This document shows, piece after piece, positions 22,917 to 33,472 of a DNA stretch of 64,000 bases (positions are counted from its first letter, which is position 1; the number at the start of each line of letters is the position of its first letter). Location: positions 4,464,001-4,528,000 of the forward strand of contig CAKKNE010000005.1 of assembly GCA_918797485.1 (NCBI GenBank). Direction: 5' to 3'. The notes under the pieces are model-generated. The model was not told where the DNA came from. It saw only the letters and a program-made list of their open reading frames with translations, and searched no databases. Made by a program: the position numbers and the translations under genes. Source of the DNA: Pelagomonas calceolata (Eukaryota).

Positions 22917-23381
22917 GCACTGTCCCGGGAGTGAGGGCTCCTGAGGACGCGATGGAGGAGAGTTGGGAACTTTGCCTTATGAATTGTTTTTGCCCCTCCG
23001 CGCTGAGCGGCCTGCTGCGCGCTGCAACGCTCTCCGTAGGGCTGCCTCCCTTGGCCCGGGAGCCGCGGGTCTCGGCACGCGGGAAGCCAGCCGTCAATAC
23101 ACGGCGTTCGAGACGTCGCTTGGCCGTGGCAACGTTGCTGCCTGCCCGGGCAGCGTCGGCACGAGCAAGCTCGAAGCAACCAAGTGGGGCCGGCGCTTCA
23201 CCTACTCCGATCGCTGCCCATGACGCCGACCCGGTACCGCCTCGACGAAGGCTTCGAGTACGGGCACGCAAGGACCATGTCCCCGTAGCATCGACCCGTC
23301 CGGAGATGTTCCGCAGGGGAGGTGGAGTCCAAAATTCGCCAGGCATCCGACTACCCGGGCCGTGTTTCGCTAATTATGATT

Positions 23382-24095
23382 TTAACACTTCCTCAGTAGA
23401 GCAAGCCCGTCCGCCAGGCCCGACCCATGCGTCGCCAGGGCCTTCGCGGCGCTCGACGCGTCCTCGGAGTCGCGGCCGGATGCCTCGAGGGCCTGCCGCG
23501 CGAACCGAGTCGTATCGTCGTCGGGCGCCGGCGGCGGCTTCGTCGCAACTCGTTTGGTCGGCGTGCCTAGCGCCGCGAGAAGCGCCTGCACGTTTCGTGC
23601 TGCCGCGTCGGCGTCGCATTCCACGGTCGGCGGTCGCCGCGGCCGCGCGGGGTCGAAGGGCGACGCGACCTCCGGCTGCGGCGGCAGTTTTATTGGTGTC
23701 GTCACGTCATCGTCCACGCAGAACGCCGGCGCTTGCAAGCTCCCGGCGGACGTCGGGCTCGGCGGGTCCGTGCGCGGCGGTAGCGGCGTGGACGGCGGCG
23801 ACGCCGTTTTCCCGTCCTCGACGAGGTCCCCTCGCGAGGAGGACGGGCTGAGGGACCGCCCGCGTGTGCTCGTCGGGGCGGGCGGCGGTGACGCTGGATC
23901 CTGGGCAACTCCCAACGCGCGCGCGAAGCCCGAAGGCGTCGAGGCCGGCGCGGGCCCGAAGGCGTCCTCGAGGACGACAGCGGGCTCGTCCGCGGGCGCG
24001 GTTTGAGGCGTTGGGGGCGACTTGGCTTTATCCGCGTCGGCGGGCGGCGTTGGCGGCGGCTGCACATCCTCTGGCTTGCTTGTCTGGCAGCCCAT
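23382..24095 (-). CDS. Pro/Ala-rich hypothetical protein with N-terminal dual-acylation motif
   Basis: GCCATGG start; MGCQTSK fits myristoylation plus palmitoylation. Confidence 0.7.
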   Translation of the reverse strand: MGCQTSKPEDVQPPPTPPADADKAKSPPTPQTAPADEPAVVLEDAFGPAPASTPSGFARALGVAQDPASPPPAPTSTRGRSLSPSSSRGDLVEDGKTASPPSTPLPPRTDPPSPTSAGSLQAPAFCVDDDVTTPIKLPPQPEVASPFDPARPRRPPTVECDADAAARNVQALLAALGTPTKRVATKPPPAPDDDTTRFARQALEASGRDSEDASSAAKALATHGSGLADGLALLRKC

Positions 24096-24303
24096 GGCTC
24101 ACTGGGGCTGCCGCTGGGGCGCTTCCTGGTCAGGAGGCGTCCTCGCGCGTGGTCTAGGCTGCCAAATACGCGGAGTGACGAGCGCTGTCCAGGCGTAGAG
24201 TGTGCTATTGCCGCTTTGCGCGGGGCCGGGGGCGGACCTAGAGCATACCCGCACGATTGCATTCAGGCTTCGGGGGCGTCCAGGAGAAGTCGTCCGGCGC
24301 AAG

Positions 24304-24447
24304 AGTGCTGAGGACTAGCTAGCCCACGCCCGCGCGTCGCTCGAGTGCTGAGGACTAGCTAGCCCCTGCGTGGCGTTGACCGCGCAAGTGCTGAGGACTA
24401 GCTGGCCCGCCACACGCTTGACGAAAAAGTGCTGAGGACTAGCTAGC
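24304..24447 (+). repeat. Four 20-nt direct repeats AGTGCTGAGGACTAGCTAGC separated by 20-23-nt variable spacers
   Basis: Copies start at 24304, 24344, 24387 (one mismatch) and 24428. Confidence 0.95.
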
Positions 24448-24498
24448 ACGGCTGAGAAACTTCTTGAAAAACTTTTAACAAAATTCCCTTCACGGCTC

Positions 24499-25342
24499 TC
24501 AGTAGATGCGCGAGCGCGCGTTTATGGTCGTTCGACGGAGTGCGTGCCTTCGACCCACATGGAGTATGGTGGGCGTGAGGAATACTCGCGCCGCAGGCGA
24601 CGAGAGCTGTCCCGTCCAGTAGTACGGCGACGTCGGGTCCTCGAGGCGCGAGGCCGCGTCGAAGTAGCGATCCGTGGGGAGCCGGGCCGGCAGATAAGCG
24701 AGGCTCTCCGGAACGTCGTCGTCGGCACCGCCGCCTTTCAGCCTCCCAGCGCCTGCGTTGAATGATGCCGTCGCGAAAATGCAGCGGCTCTCTCGCGAGA
24801 GGCGTAGACTCTCTGACGGCCACCTCGACGGCGTCGAGGCGAAGTGGCATCGCGTCGACGCCATCGCTGCGGCCACGTCAAGTTCAAGGTCGTTCTGCTC
24901 CGGGTCACTGACCGCTCGTCGTCGTGGCGCGCGTCTCTCTCGCCGCCCAGCGCGGCATCAGCGCGGTCGCGGGCGGTGTGCGATCACGGAGTCGCCACGT
25001 CTGCACGGGAGACGTCAGCGGTCGGCAGCTTTGCCGCGACTGGCCCGTGACGGAGGACGCGTTTGTCAAGTCGTCGGCAAAGCTGTCGCCGCAGGAAATC
25101 CGTGGCGGTGCCCGCGTTGCTTTTGGTCTGCTCTCAAGTTGCTTGGACACAACGATGTGCTCCGGGGCACTGGTGCACTGCCGCGGGGCTTTAGGTGCTG
25201 CCGGCTTCCATTTGCCGGCATCGATGGCTCTCCGCGCGTCTATGCTTTTTCGAAACGTGGCCGCCGTTTGTTCGTAGTCGAAGGCCGCGTCGAGGCGGTA
25301 ATTTGTTTTATTTGTGCTTGGTGGAGCCGGCGCCGTCGCCAT
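24499..25342 (-). CDS. Hypothetical protein, 2 exons (25342-24913, 24752-24499)
   Basis: ACCATGG start (MATAPAPPS); phase-1 GT-AG intron joins two ORFs into 227 aa. Confidence 0.65.
24753..24912 (-). other. GT-AG intron (160 nt)
   Basis: G|GTCAGT...CAACGCAG|GC; contains the CGATGGCGT motif seen in other introns. Confidence 0.65.
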
Positions 25343-25616
25343 GGTGAGTGCTCGGTGAGGTCGCAGTATGCTCAGTGTAATGGTGTTGGGCTCGTGGTCC
25401 GCGCCTGAATGGGCAGCCCGCGGCCGCGAGCAGGGCGACGTCCAGGGCCTCCTGTTCGGCAGCAAAGCGATTCCTTATTCGCCTCGCGCGCGCGGCATCT
25501 GCGTCTGTAAGCTCTCACAGCGCGCCTGTCCCAGGTATACCCTGCATTGCAATTCACCGCTTGCGTCGTATTGTTGGTAAAAGTAAGGCGGCATGCAAAA
25601 AAAAAAGCAAAAAAGA

Positions 25617-25734
25617 AAGAGATCACTACCCGGGATTCCAACGTGGTCACCCACCGTAGTACTAACCGGGCTCGATGAGGCTTAACTGCAGTGAGCTGAC
25701 GGGAACTGGTGCTCTCCTCATGATCTGAGCGATC
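25617..25734 (-). rRNA. 5S rRNA gene, type B
   Basis: Colinear with the 22799-22916 copy, 13 substitutions; ends pair GAUCGCU/AGUGAUC; followed by long T-runs. Confidence 0.92.
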
Positions 25735-25930
25735 GCGATCATCCCCGGCCGATGGCTGGCTCGAGAGATGGCTAAATTGACAGGTGCGCAAACTTGTATT
25801 GAACCGCTTTTGTTTATCGTGCGGGTTTGCATGCAAATCAGTCGACGCCTACGCGCGCCTCCGCACGATGGCGTAGTCCCGGCACGCGCCCGCCAAGGAA
25901 AACTAGCTAGCCACTGGCATAAATAAAAAC

Positions 25931-27394
25931 TTATCGAAACGTAAACGTGAACCGCTGGCCGCCCTGCTGGAAGCCGCCGCCGGGGAAGCCCCCGGGGAAG
26001 CCCGGGAAGCCGCCAGGGAAACCCTGGCTCTGTTGGCCGCTGCCGGAGACGTCCTCGCCGGCGTCGTACTTCGCGCGCGTTTCTTCGTCGGACAATATTT
26101 CGTACGCGGCGGCGATCTCCTGGAACTTGGCCGTCAGCCGCTCCCGTTCGCCGTCGCTGACGTCGGGCGCGATCTTGTCCGGGTGGTACTTCAACGCAGC
26201 GTCGCGATACGCCTTCTTGATGTCCCGCGTACGCGCGTCCCGCGGCACGCCCAGTACCTTGTAGTGGTTCACCTCCTTGGACTGCTTGAAGGCGACCTCG
26301 GCCTTTTGTTGGTTCTTGCGCGTCCGGTCGTCGTCACTGACCTCCCTCGCTCGGGCGGCGGTCCGCCGTGCTCCGTCGTAGTCCTCGGCGCCGATCTCCG
26401 CTTCTGTTCGTTTTATCAAAGCGTCGACGTTTTTATCGTCCTGGGATAGGACGGCGTCGCAGTGGCGCTTCGCGTTCGAATAGTCCTTCAGCTCCAGGTA
26501 GGACGAGGCGATTTTCAGGTTCGTAGACGTGTGGAAGACGGCGTGCGACTCGTCCACGGACAAGGCCGACACCCACTGCTCCACGGCCTTCTCGTGGTCG
26601 CCGTTCGCCGAGTGCTTGTCGCCGGCCGCGTCCTTCTTCGTTAGAGAGCGCAGTTTTTTGTAGCCGCTCTTGCACCCGGGATGCTCCGGGTCGCTCCGCA
26701 AGGCCTGCTGCCAGTGCGTCTTCGCCATGGCGTGGTCCGCCAGGAAATAATAGGCCGAACCTCTTAATTCTAAAGCTTCGAGGTCGTCCGGCGTTTGTTT
26801 CAACGCCTTGCCGCTCTCGGCGATGCACTCGTACCAGTCCTTGCGGTCGTAGTGCGCCCTCGCTCGTAACAACAACAAATGAGACGGCTGGTCCGAGGCG
26901 TACTTCTCCAGAACTTCCGCCAGATGTTCTAATTCCAACCGCCGGTCGCCCTTCGCTCTAGCTTTATCAGCCGCCTGCAGCGCCGCGACGCAGCCCGCCG
27001 CCGCGCCGGACCCTTCCTTGTCCTTGGCCGCGTCGTAGTCGCGCTTGGCCTCGTCGCAGCGGCCGATGCCCAGTAACGCTCGCGCGCGCATCAATAACGC
27101 GGCGCCGTAGCCGGGCTTTATCCTCAATGCACTATCTAAATCCTCGACGGCGCGGGACGCCTTGCCGGCTCGCTTCAAGACATTGGCCCGCTTGAAATAG
27201 TTCCGCTCGTTGTCGGGCTCCAATTTGATCGCTCGCGCCAGTAACGAGAGCGCCGTATCGGTGTCCTTTTTGAGCAGCGCCTCGTCGGCCTTCGACCGGA
27301 GCTGGCCGGGCGTCTCCTCTCCGGTTTTTCTCGGCGCGGCGCCGGTCACAGGCAGTGCGCCGCGCAGCGATGCCAGCAGTAGGTAGAGCAGCAT
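25931..27394 (-). CDS. DNAJC3: DNAJC3/P58IPK-like ER co-chaperone
   Basis: Signal peptide, multiple TPRs, C-terminal J domain (HYKVLGV...KKAYR...HPDK...AYEILSD), GF-rich tail. Confidence 0.9.
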   Translation of the reverse strand: MLLYLLLASLRGALPVTGAAPRKTGEETPGQLRSKADEALLKKDTDTALSLLARAIKLEPDNERNYFKRANVLKRAGKASRAVEDLDSALRIKPGYGAALLMRARALLGIGRCDEAKRDYDAAKDKEGSGAAAGCVAALQAADKARAKGDRRLELEHLAEVLEKYASDQPSHLLLLRARAHYDRKDWYECIAESGKALKQTPDDLEALELRGSAYYFLADHAMAKTHWQQALRSDPEHPGCKSGYKKLRSLTKKDAAGDKHSANGDHEKAVEQWVSALSVDESHAVFHTSTNLKIASSYLELKDYSNAKRHCDAVLSQDDKNVDALIKRTEAEIGAEDYDGARRTAARAREVSDDDRTRKNQQKAEVAFKQSKEVNHYKVLGVPRDARTRDIKKAYRDAALKYHPDKIAPDVSDGERERLTAKFQEIAAAYEILSDEETRAKYDAGEDVSGSGQQSQGFPGGFPGFPGGFPGGGFQQGGQRFTFTFR

Positions 27395-27890
27395 GGCTGG
27401 CGCGGCGACGGCTTGTGGCAGGGCTCCTCTGGCTGCAGTGAAACTTTACGTGGGCGGCCCTAGTGATGCGCGCTGCCTTGGCAGCGATGCGTGAGTATGC
27501 TGGAGAGTTGCCTCGTTCGCTCGTGTCACGAATGCTGCTGTTTTTCGAAAACGCCACGCGTAGCGTAGCAGCGTCGAGGCCTTTTGCCTGAATTGGCCTC
27601 GGGTATCATTCTATGCGGCGCGCCGACTACCCGTACTGAATATACCTCTCCAGGTCGCGTTCGGCATGCGATCGAATTCGTGCGGGCTCTGGCAGCCCAA
27701 GCTTTGAGAGAGCCATTTGGCTCTCACGAGCGTGGGGCAAGGATTTGGGCTGCCTTTGCGATCTATTTCAGCCGCACGGAACACGTACACCACGATCCTG
27801 AATTGCCTGTTCAGCGCTAGGCTCCCAAAAGGGCTGCCCACCAATCTCGGCCAAGACCTGTGGTACTAAAACGACCTGTGGTACTAAAAC

Positions 27891-28241
27891 ATGGTCCTCC
27901 AGGCTGCCCTCATCACAATCATAGCGCTCGACGGGCTCGCCTTCATCGCCTTCTGCACGGCGATCTACCTCCGCAAGACGTGCACGCCGCGGCGGCAGAA
28001 GGACGTACGGTGGGCGCTGCGTATCGCCTACGTGTGTATGTTCGTGCTCGGCGTCATATGCGTCGCCACGATCGGCGCCTCGCCAGCCGCCGCCGCGATC
28101 GCGGGCGTCCTGCTGGGCAACGCCGCCGCCCTGATGGTTGCGGACTTCCTCGTGCCGCGCTGCTTCACGCTCGACACGCACTCCATCGGCGCAGATGCGC
28201 CGCAGGAGAACGCGCTGCGGGACCCCGAGGCGGTCACATAA
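27891..28241 (+). CDS. Small 3-TM membrane protein (116 aa)
   Basis: Three hydrophobic segments; GC3-rich. Confidence 0.6.
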   Translation: MVLQAALITIIALDGLAFIAFCTAIYLRKTCTPRRQKDVRWALRIAYVCMFVLGVICVATIGASPAAAAIAGVLLGNAAALMVADFLVPRCFTLDTHSIGADAPQENALRDPEAVT

Positions 28242-28292
28242 GACTTCATAAAGTTAACGACGATTTGCACAGTTTCGATTTGCACATTCGAT

Positions 28293-29776
28293 TCAGAGCG
28301 CCGCGGCCAGCGACCCGGCCGTCAGCACGAGGCCCACGAGGACCAGTGCCACCGCGGCGGCCTTTCCGTTCAACGGCGACGCGTGCTCCGTCGGCCCCGG
28401 CGCCAGTCGCCGCGCCGCCAGGCTCAGCACGCCGGGCACGACCGCGCACAGGAACAGCCCGAAGCAGCCCGTGACGTTCGTGACGGACGAAATGTCCGGT
28501 TGAATGCACGCGCCGATGAGCGGCGGCACGGCGGCCACCAATCGGGCGATCCGGACGGAGGTCCGAGACGGCGGCGTCGCCGAGACCTCGCCGTTCGCCT
28601 GGAAGCGGCGGTGCGCCGCCAGTAACGCGTCGCCGAACGTGATCACATTCAAAGGATACGTGGCGAGGACGTTGACGGCCGGGTAGAGGACGACGAATTG
28701 GGCCAGCCACGCGATGAGGCGCGTCTTCAGCGCGTCTCTCGGGTCGGACGCGTCGTGGACGTGGTGGTACGTGGCCCAGCCCAGATTCGCCGCCGACTGC
28801 GTCTTCTCCCCGAATAAGTAGGCCACCGGCGCGGCGAAGAGAGCGTAGAGCAGGCAGGCGCCGACGAAGGCCCTTCGGAAAAGCACGTTCTTGTCGAACT
28901 CGCTTCGTACTTTGACAGGAGCGACGATCTGCGGCACGCTGTGGTGCAGCACCAGGGAGAAGGTGACGACCGGCGCTAACGCGGCGACGCCGTCGAAGGG
29001 GCCCGTCCGCTTGGGCATCGGCGCGATCGGGCCCATGGACCAGAGGTACGTCAACGCGGTGACGAGCATGACGGCCAGCATGACGACGCGGCCGAACGCG
29101 AGTAAGGTTTGCACGGCCTTCTGGTCCGCGAGGTCCTTCAGGGAGAGGGGCACGACGAAGACGGCGAACAGGCCGACGTAGAGGACGTGGCCGCTCGGCG
29201 CGAGGTTCGCCTCCAAGGCCGCCGCGAAGATGGCCGCGTAGCACCACAGACTCCCGAGCATGTAGCCCGAGATTAACGTCACGTAGGCCGCGTAGCCCGT
29301 ATCTCCGAGATACAAAGCGCAGAGGTCCGGGAGTTGGACGGGCCGTGGCGCCTCCCTTTGTAGACGCGTCACGGGCGGCGACGGCGCGTCGAGGGGCACT
29401 CTACAAAAGGACCCGCCGCTCTCGGGCAGCGCTCGCGCGGCCGCGATCCAGCCCGCGCGCGCCATGCAGTCCAGCAAGCACTCGGCCGCGGCCGTCGCGC
29501 CGATCGAGACCGCGACTAAGATGGACAAGCCCCAGACCAAACCGGCGTCTGCGAAGGCTCTTGGGAGTGTGAGATAGCCGGAACCCATCATATCTGTGTG
29601 GAAATCAAATTTCAGGCAACCCGCGCGACGCTGTCCCCGTAACTGCATCTGCTCGATGGACTTCCACACGGGCCTCGACAATTCAGACAGAAGACGACGG
29701 CGTACGCTGGCGCCATGGTCCCGTCGCCCTCGTCGGGCGTAAAATTAATGGGGGACTGCTCGGTCGCTGTCGACAT
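28293..29776 (-). CDS. Amino-acid transporter (AAAP/TMEM104-like); exons 29776-29680, 29593-28293
   Basis: Spliced TM1 reads VFCLNYMMGSGYLTLPRAF; LWCYAAIF, HHSVP, YPLNVITFGD; about 11 TMs. Confidence 0.88.
29594..29679 (-). mobile_element. GT-AG intron, second member of the TIR introner-like family
   Basis: Ends GAAATTTGATTTCCACACAG, identical to the end of the 9562-9658 intron; degenerate left TIR CCGTGTGGAAGTC begins 8 nt into the intron. Confidence 0.8.
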
Positions 29777-30174
29777 TTGCTCTTGGATGTTTAGTACGTA
29801 CTGCTCGTGTTCTTGAAAGAGTACTGCTGGCACGCGTGCCGCAGAGGAGCTGCTGCAGATGGCTGGCTGTCACGTGACGACCTCGCTCTGCGTCGCAGCG
29901 ATGGCTCGAGGTGCTGCGCGTTGCAACAGCGACGTATACGTCTCTTGTGACAGCGCTCCTGCGATCTTTTTGCAGATCTCTGGCTCAAGCGCGGAGCACT
30001 CGCGCGACTGCAAACGCGCGTACGCATCAAAACGGGTTTTCTCGGAATTTTTTTGGCTTGAGCTACGCGAGCGCCTCGCGGTGAGCTCATCTAAGAACTC
30101 GTCCGCCTATTGTTCGTGCCGCAACTCCGCCGACCTGCCTGCGAGCAAGCGATCAGTGATCAATCACCAATGTA

Positions 30175-31189
30175 ATGGTTTCACTGCTGAAGTTACTGGC
30201 GCTCGGCGCCGCAGTCTGCGCCGATGATACGGCCGACGGCTTCAAGAACACGACCGGCGCCGACGAGCTTAGGACCTTCGTCGATGGCGCGACGATCTTC
30301 GCGATCGAGTGGACCGACGGCGTGCCGACCGGCTGGGCTTTCGCTGGCGGCGACAACACGTCCACGTCGGTGGACGCCTTTGGCGACGACGTGAGGTGGG
30401 ACGTCATCGAGCGCCATCTCGGATTACCGCATCCTCTCTTAGCTGGAGACGCGGGCGACGCCGTGCGCCGCGACACTATTCTATATTGCGGCGCCGCCCG
30501 ACGACGCGTCCCACGATGCCGATTCTCTCAACAGCAACAGCACGTTCATCAAGAATTTCGCCGCGCTCTCCATCGACGAAAATGACTCTGATTTGGAGTT
30601 CAATGGGTCGCTAGCGTCGGCCGAGGCGCACTTCGCAGCTCAAGATGAAGCCACCGCAGCAACAGTCGAGGCTGTACCTGATGACCCGCCGCCGCCCAAT
30701 GATCAAAATAACGAGCCCGCCGACGCTGATTCGGAGCTCGATGATCTGTCGTCCTTGTTTGATCTGCCGCAAGCTCAAAATAGCGAGGCCGCTGGTTACG
30801 AGGCTTTTGATCCACCTACTCTCCCTCCTACGAACGACGAGACGATTCCCGCCGCGGCGAGCGACAACGAGGCCTTTGATCCAACTGCGAACGACGAGGC
30901 AATTGCGCTCGCCGTCGCGTACGAGGAGGACAACCACGAGGAGCGGGGCTGGCGGACGTTTCTAAGCCAGTGGCCCCTCTGGAAGCTTGTGTATTGGCTC
31001 ACTGATCACGATGAAACAAAGCACCTAGTTCCTGATGCTTGGCGGCGTAATCCGGACGCTGCGGACCTAGACGAGGTCATCGCGCTCATCGTCGCCGCGT
31101 GGCGAACGTTTGGAAGACCGTACGACCGCGGCCCTCGCGAACCCTGGGGGGAATACGATGAACCCTGGGGGGCCTTCTTCAACCTATAA
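30175..31189 (+). CDS. Secreted acidic hypothetical protein; exons 30175-30390, 30443-31189
   Basis: Signal peptide MVSLLKLLALGAAVCA; a 52-nt intron joins the two ORFs in frame. Confidence 0.65.
30391..30442 (+). other. GT-AG intron (52 nt)
   Basis: GAC|GTGAGG...CCTCTCTTAG|CTG, phase 0. Confidence 0.6.
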
Positions 31190-31225
31190 CCCGTTCCTAA
31201 TTTATCTTGACGCAAAGAGCAGTAA

Positions 31226-31249
31226 CCTAGCGTCCTGTAAGACACTAGG
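31226..31249 (-). promoter_or_regulatory. Bipartite intergenic motif copy (tandem-gene spacer)
   Basis: CCTAGCGTCCTGTAAGACACTAGG on +, about 85 nt upstream of the ATG at 31333. Confidence 0.55.
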
Positions 31250-31332
31250 AAATCCCAGCAAGCCAGCTTGGCAAAGCCGCTGCTGCGCCTGCCTCGCAGG
31301 CCGAAGGCTGGACGCACCGCACAGCTCACAAA

Positions 31333-32748
31333 ATGATGCGCGCGGCGAGCAATGACGACGACGACTCGTACGACGACGAGCCGGAGACCACCCAGCAGCC
31401 CGCAAGACTGGGCAACTGGACCAAGGGCCTCGGCGGCGCGGCCAAGGCGGCTGCGCGTGCGATAGGCGACAAAGCGCTGGCCACGCTCGAGGACACGCTG
31501 GACGCGGCGGAAGAACGACTGCTAGATCCCGAGGAGCAGGACGTCACGGACGACGGCCGCGACCCCTTTGACGACGCGCGCGTCCAGGCGGCCCTGGAAC
31601 AGCTCCGCGCCGACTCGCGGGAAGAACTGGAGCTGCAACGGGAGACCTTCGAGGCGCGCATCGAAGAGCTCGAGGCCTGCGCCGCGTCCGAGTTTGATGG
31701 CAAGGCAGATAGGGTGGCGAGCAACGAAGCGACCACATCTGACGTCGTCGCGGTCCTCTGCGCCGCGGCTCTACGCGGCGCCGGCGTCGACGACGCGACC
31801 AGTCTCTCGGCGGAGCTCGCCCGCGAGACTACGAAAGACGCTTCTATCAGGTTAGAGGCCGCGGTCGCCTCCTCAAAAGCGCCGGCGACGGGCGGCGACC
31901 TGGATAAATTAAGAGCGCAGTTCGAGGCCGCTCGTAAAGCTCGGGACCAGGAGGCCACGCGTTTGAGGGAGGAGGCCTCGTCGGCGCGGAGCCTCGCGGC
32001 GACGAAGGCAGAGGAGGCCGCCGAGGAGCGCAAGCACGCGACAACTGCGCGCGACGACGCGGCGCAGGCATTACAAAAGGCAGACAAGGCCGAGGCGCGT
32101 TCAAAACGCGTCGACGAGCGCCGGCGCGCCGCCGAGGCCGCGTGCGGCGCCGCGCTCGCCGAGCGCGACTCTTTGAATCTGGTCCTACAGTCGCGCGAGG
32201 CGACCGCCTCATCGTCGCGGCGGCGCTTGGACGCCGCCGCCCAGGACGCGGACCAACAGGCCGCCTTAGGGCGCCTCCTCAAGAAGCGCTGCGAGGACGC
32301 GGAAGAAGCGGCCACGGCCGCGAAGACTGATAGAGATCGCGTCGAGGCCGCGCGCAAGAATTTAGAAAGGGTGGTCCGGAGCTTCGAGCAGAAGACTCAG
32401 GAAGCGGAATCCAACCTCAAGCGCGACCACGCGCTCCAGATCTCGGCGCTCGAGGGCGACGTCGAGGACGCGCAACAACAAATCCGCGAGCTCGAGGCGT
32501 CCCTAAAAGCGGCGCGCGCCTCGGAGCAGGCGCGGGACGTCGCGTCCGCGCGCGCCGAGGCGGAGTGCCAGGCGGCGCGCGCGGCGGCGCAGGCAGCGTG
32601 CGCGGACGTCGCCGCGCTCAAGGACGTGCTGTTGCGGCCGCCGGACCCGGTCCCCGTCGTCGAGCGCGAGGCGTCGGCGCCCTCGAAACCGCGGCGGGGC
32701 TTCGCCGCGTGGCTCAACGAGATCGTCGACGCGGAGTTGGAGAGTTAA
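31333..32748 (+). CDS. Coiled-coil protein (471 aa)
   Basis: A/E/R/K-rich heptad composition. Confidence 0.75.
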   Translation: MMRAASNDDDDSYDDEPETTQQPARLGNWTKGLGGAAKAAARAIGDKALATLEDTLDAAEERLLDPEEQDVTDDGRDPFDDARVQAALEQLRADSREELELQRETFEARIEELEACAASEFDGKADRVASNEATTSDVVAVLCAAALRGAGVDDATSLSAELARETTKDASIRLEAAVASSKAPATGGDLDKLRAQFEAARKARDQEATRLREEASSARSLAATKAEEAAEERKHATTARDDAAQALQKADKAEARSKRVDERRRAAEAACGAALAERDSLNLVLQSREATASSSRRRLDAAAQDADQQAALGRLLKKRCEDAEEAATAAKTDRDRVEAARKNLERVVRSFEQKTQEAESNLKRDHALQISALEGDVEDAQQQIRELEASLKAARASEQARDVASARAEAECQAARAAAQAACADVAALKDVLLRPPDPVPVVEREASAPSKPRRGFAAWLNEIVDAELES

Positions 32749-32779
32749 CATGAACTGTGATAAAACTCTTAGGGGCGCC

Positions 32780-33472
32780 TCAGCGGTATCGGTCTCGCTC
32801 GCGCCGGCTGTACGACCGCGGCGGCGAGCGCCGGCGGTAGTCCGGCGACCGCGACCGATGCCTCCGCCGGTAGTCGTCGGGCGACGGCGACCGGCGGCGC
32901 CGCGGCGGCGACCGCGACCGCGACCGGCGGCGCCGCGGCGACGGCGCCCGGCGGTCGCGATTTCCAGAGTAGCGCGGCACGGACCGGCCGTCGTCGACGG
33001 CGATGGGCTTGACCTTGGGCAGGCCGTCCGCGTTGTACAAATGCCCAAACCGTTTCCTGTTGTGCACGTGGGGACATTTGTCGCCCTTCATGCAGGCGCC
33101 CAGCGGGTAGAGGTGGCAATCACCTAATTTAAGACCACCGGCGTCCGTGATGTGGCCCTTGATGCCGTTGCCGGCGGCGTTCTGCAACCCGCTGAACGAG
33201 GCCGTGTTCTTGTCGCCGGACTGGATGTGCTGCGTGACCTGGAGCCAGGCCTCGTAGCGTTCCGGTTCCAGGATCGGGTCGGGGCGGGGGATGCCGCCCG
33301 GCGCCGCGTCGGGCACGGGTGCGCTCATGGGCGGCGGCGGCGGCAGCGGCGGCGGTTCCCACGTCGTGACGTTCGTCACTGGATTAAAATAGTAGGGCCG
33401 CGGCTGGCCCGGCGCCACGACGACCTGCCAGGGCGGCGGCGGCGGGCCGCGCGGGCCGCCGTAGAAAGCCAT
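32780..33472 (-). CDS. WW + CCCH zinc finger + RS-domain protein (putative splicing factor)
   Basis: W...YYFNPVTNVTTWEPP; CHLYPLGACMKGDKCPHVH; RS-rich tail. Confidence 0.85.
   Translation of the reverse strand: MAFYGGPRGPPPPPWQVVVAPGQPRPYYFNPVTNVTTWEPPPLPPPPPMSAPVPDAAPGGIPRPDPILEPERYEAWLQVTQHIQSGDKNTASFSGLQNAAGNGIKGHITDAGGLKLGDCHLYPLGACMKGDKCPHVHNRKRFGHLYNADGLPKVKPIAVDDGRSVPRYSGNRDRRAPSPRRRRSRSRSPPRRRRSPSPDDYRRRHRSRSPDYRRRSPPRSYSRRERDRYR

Noticed and set aside
24304..24447. Bona fide CRISPR array
   Set aside because: Eukaryotic context, no cas genes, and repeats and spacers shorter than typical; kept only as an unexplained repeat/spacer array
30391..30442. Frameshift or pseudogene between ORFs 30175 and 30593
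   Set aside because: Explained by a canonical in-phase 52-nt GT-AG intron
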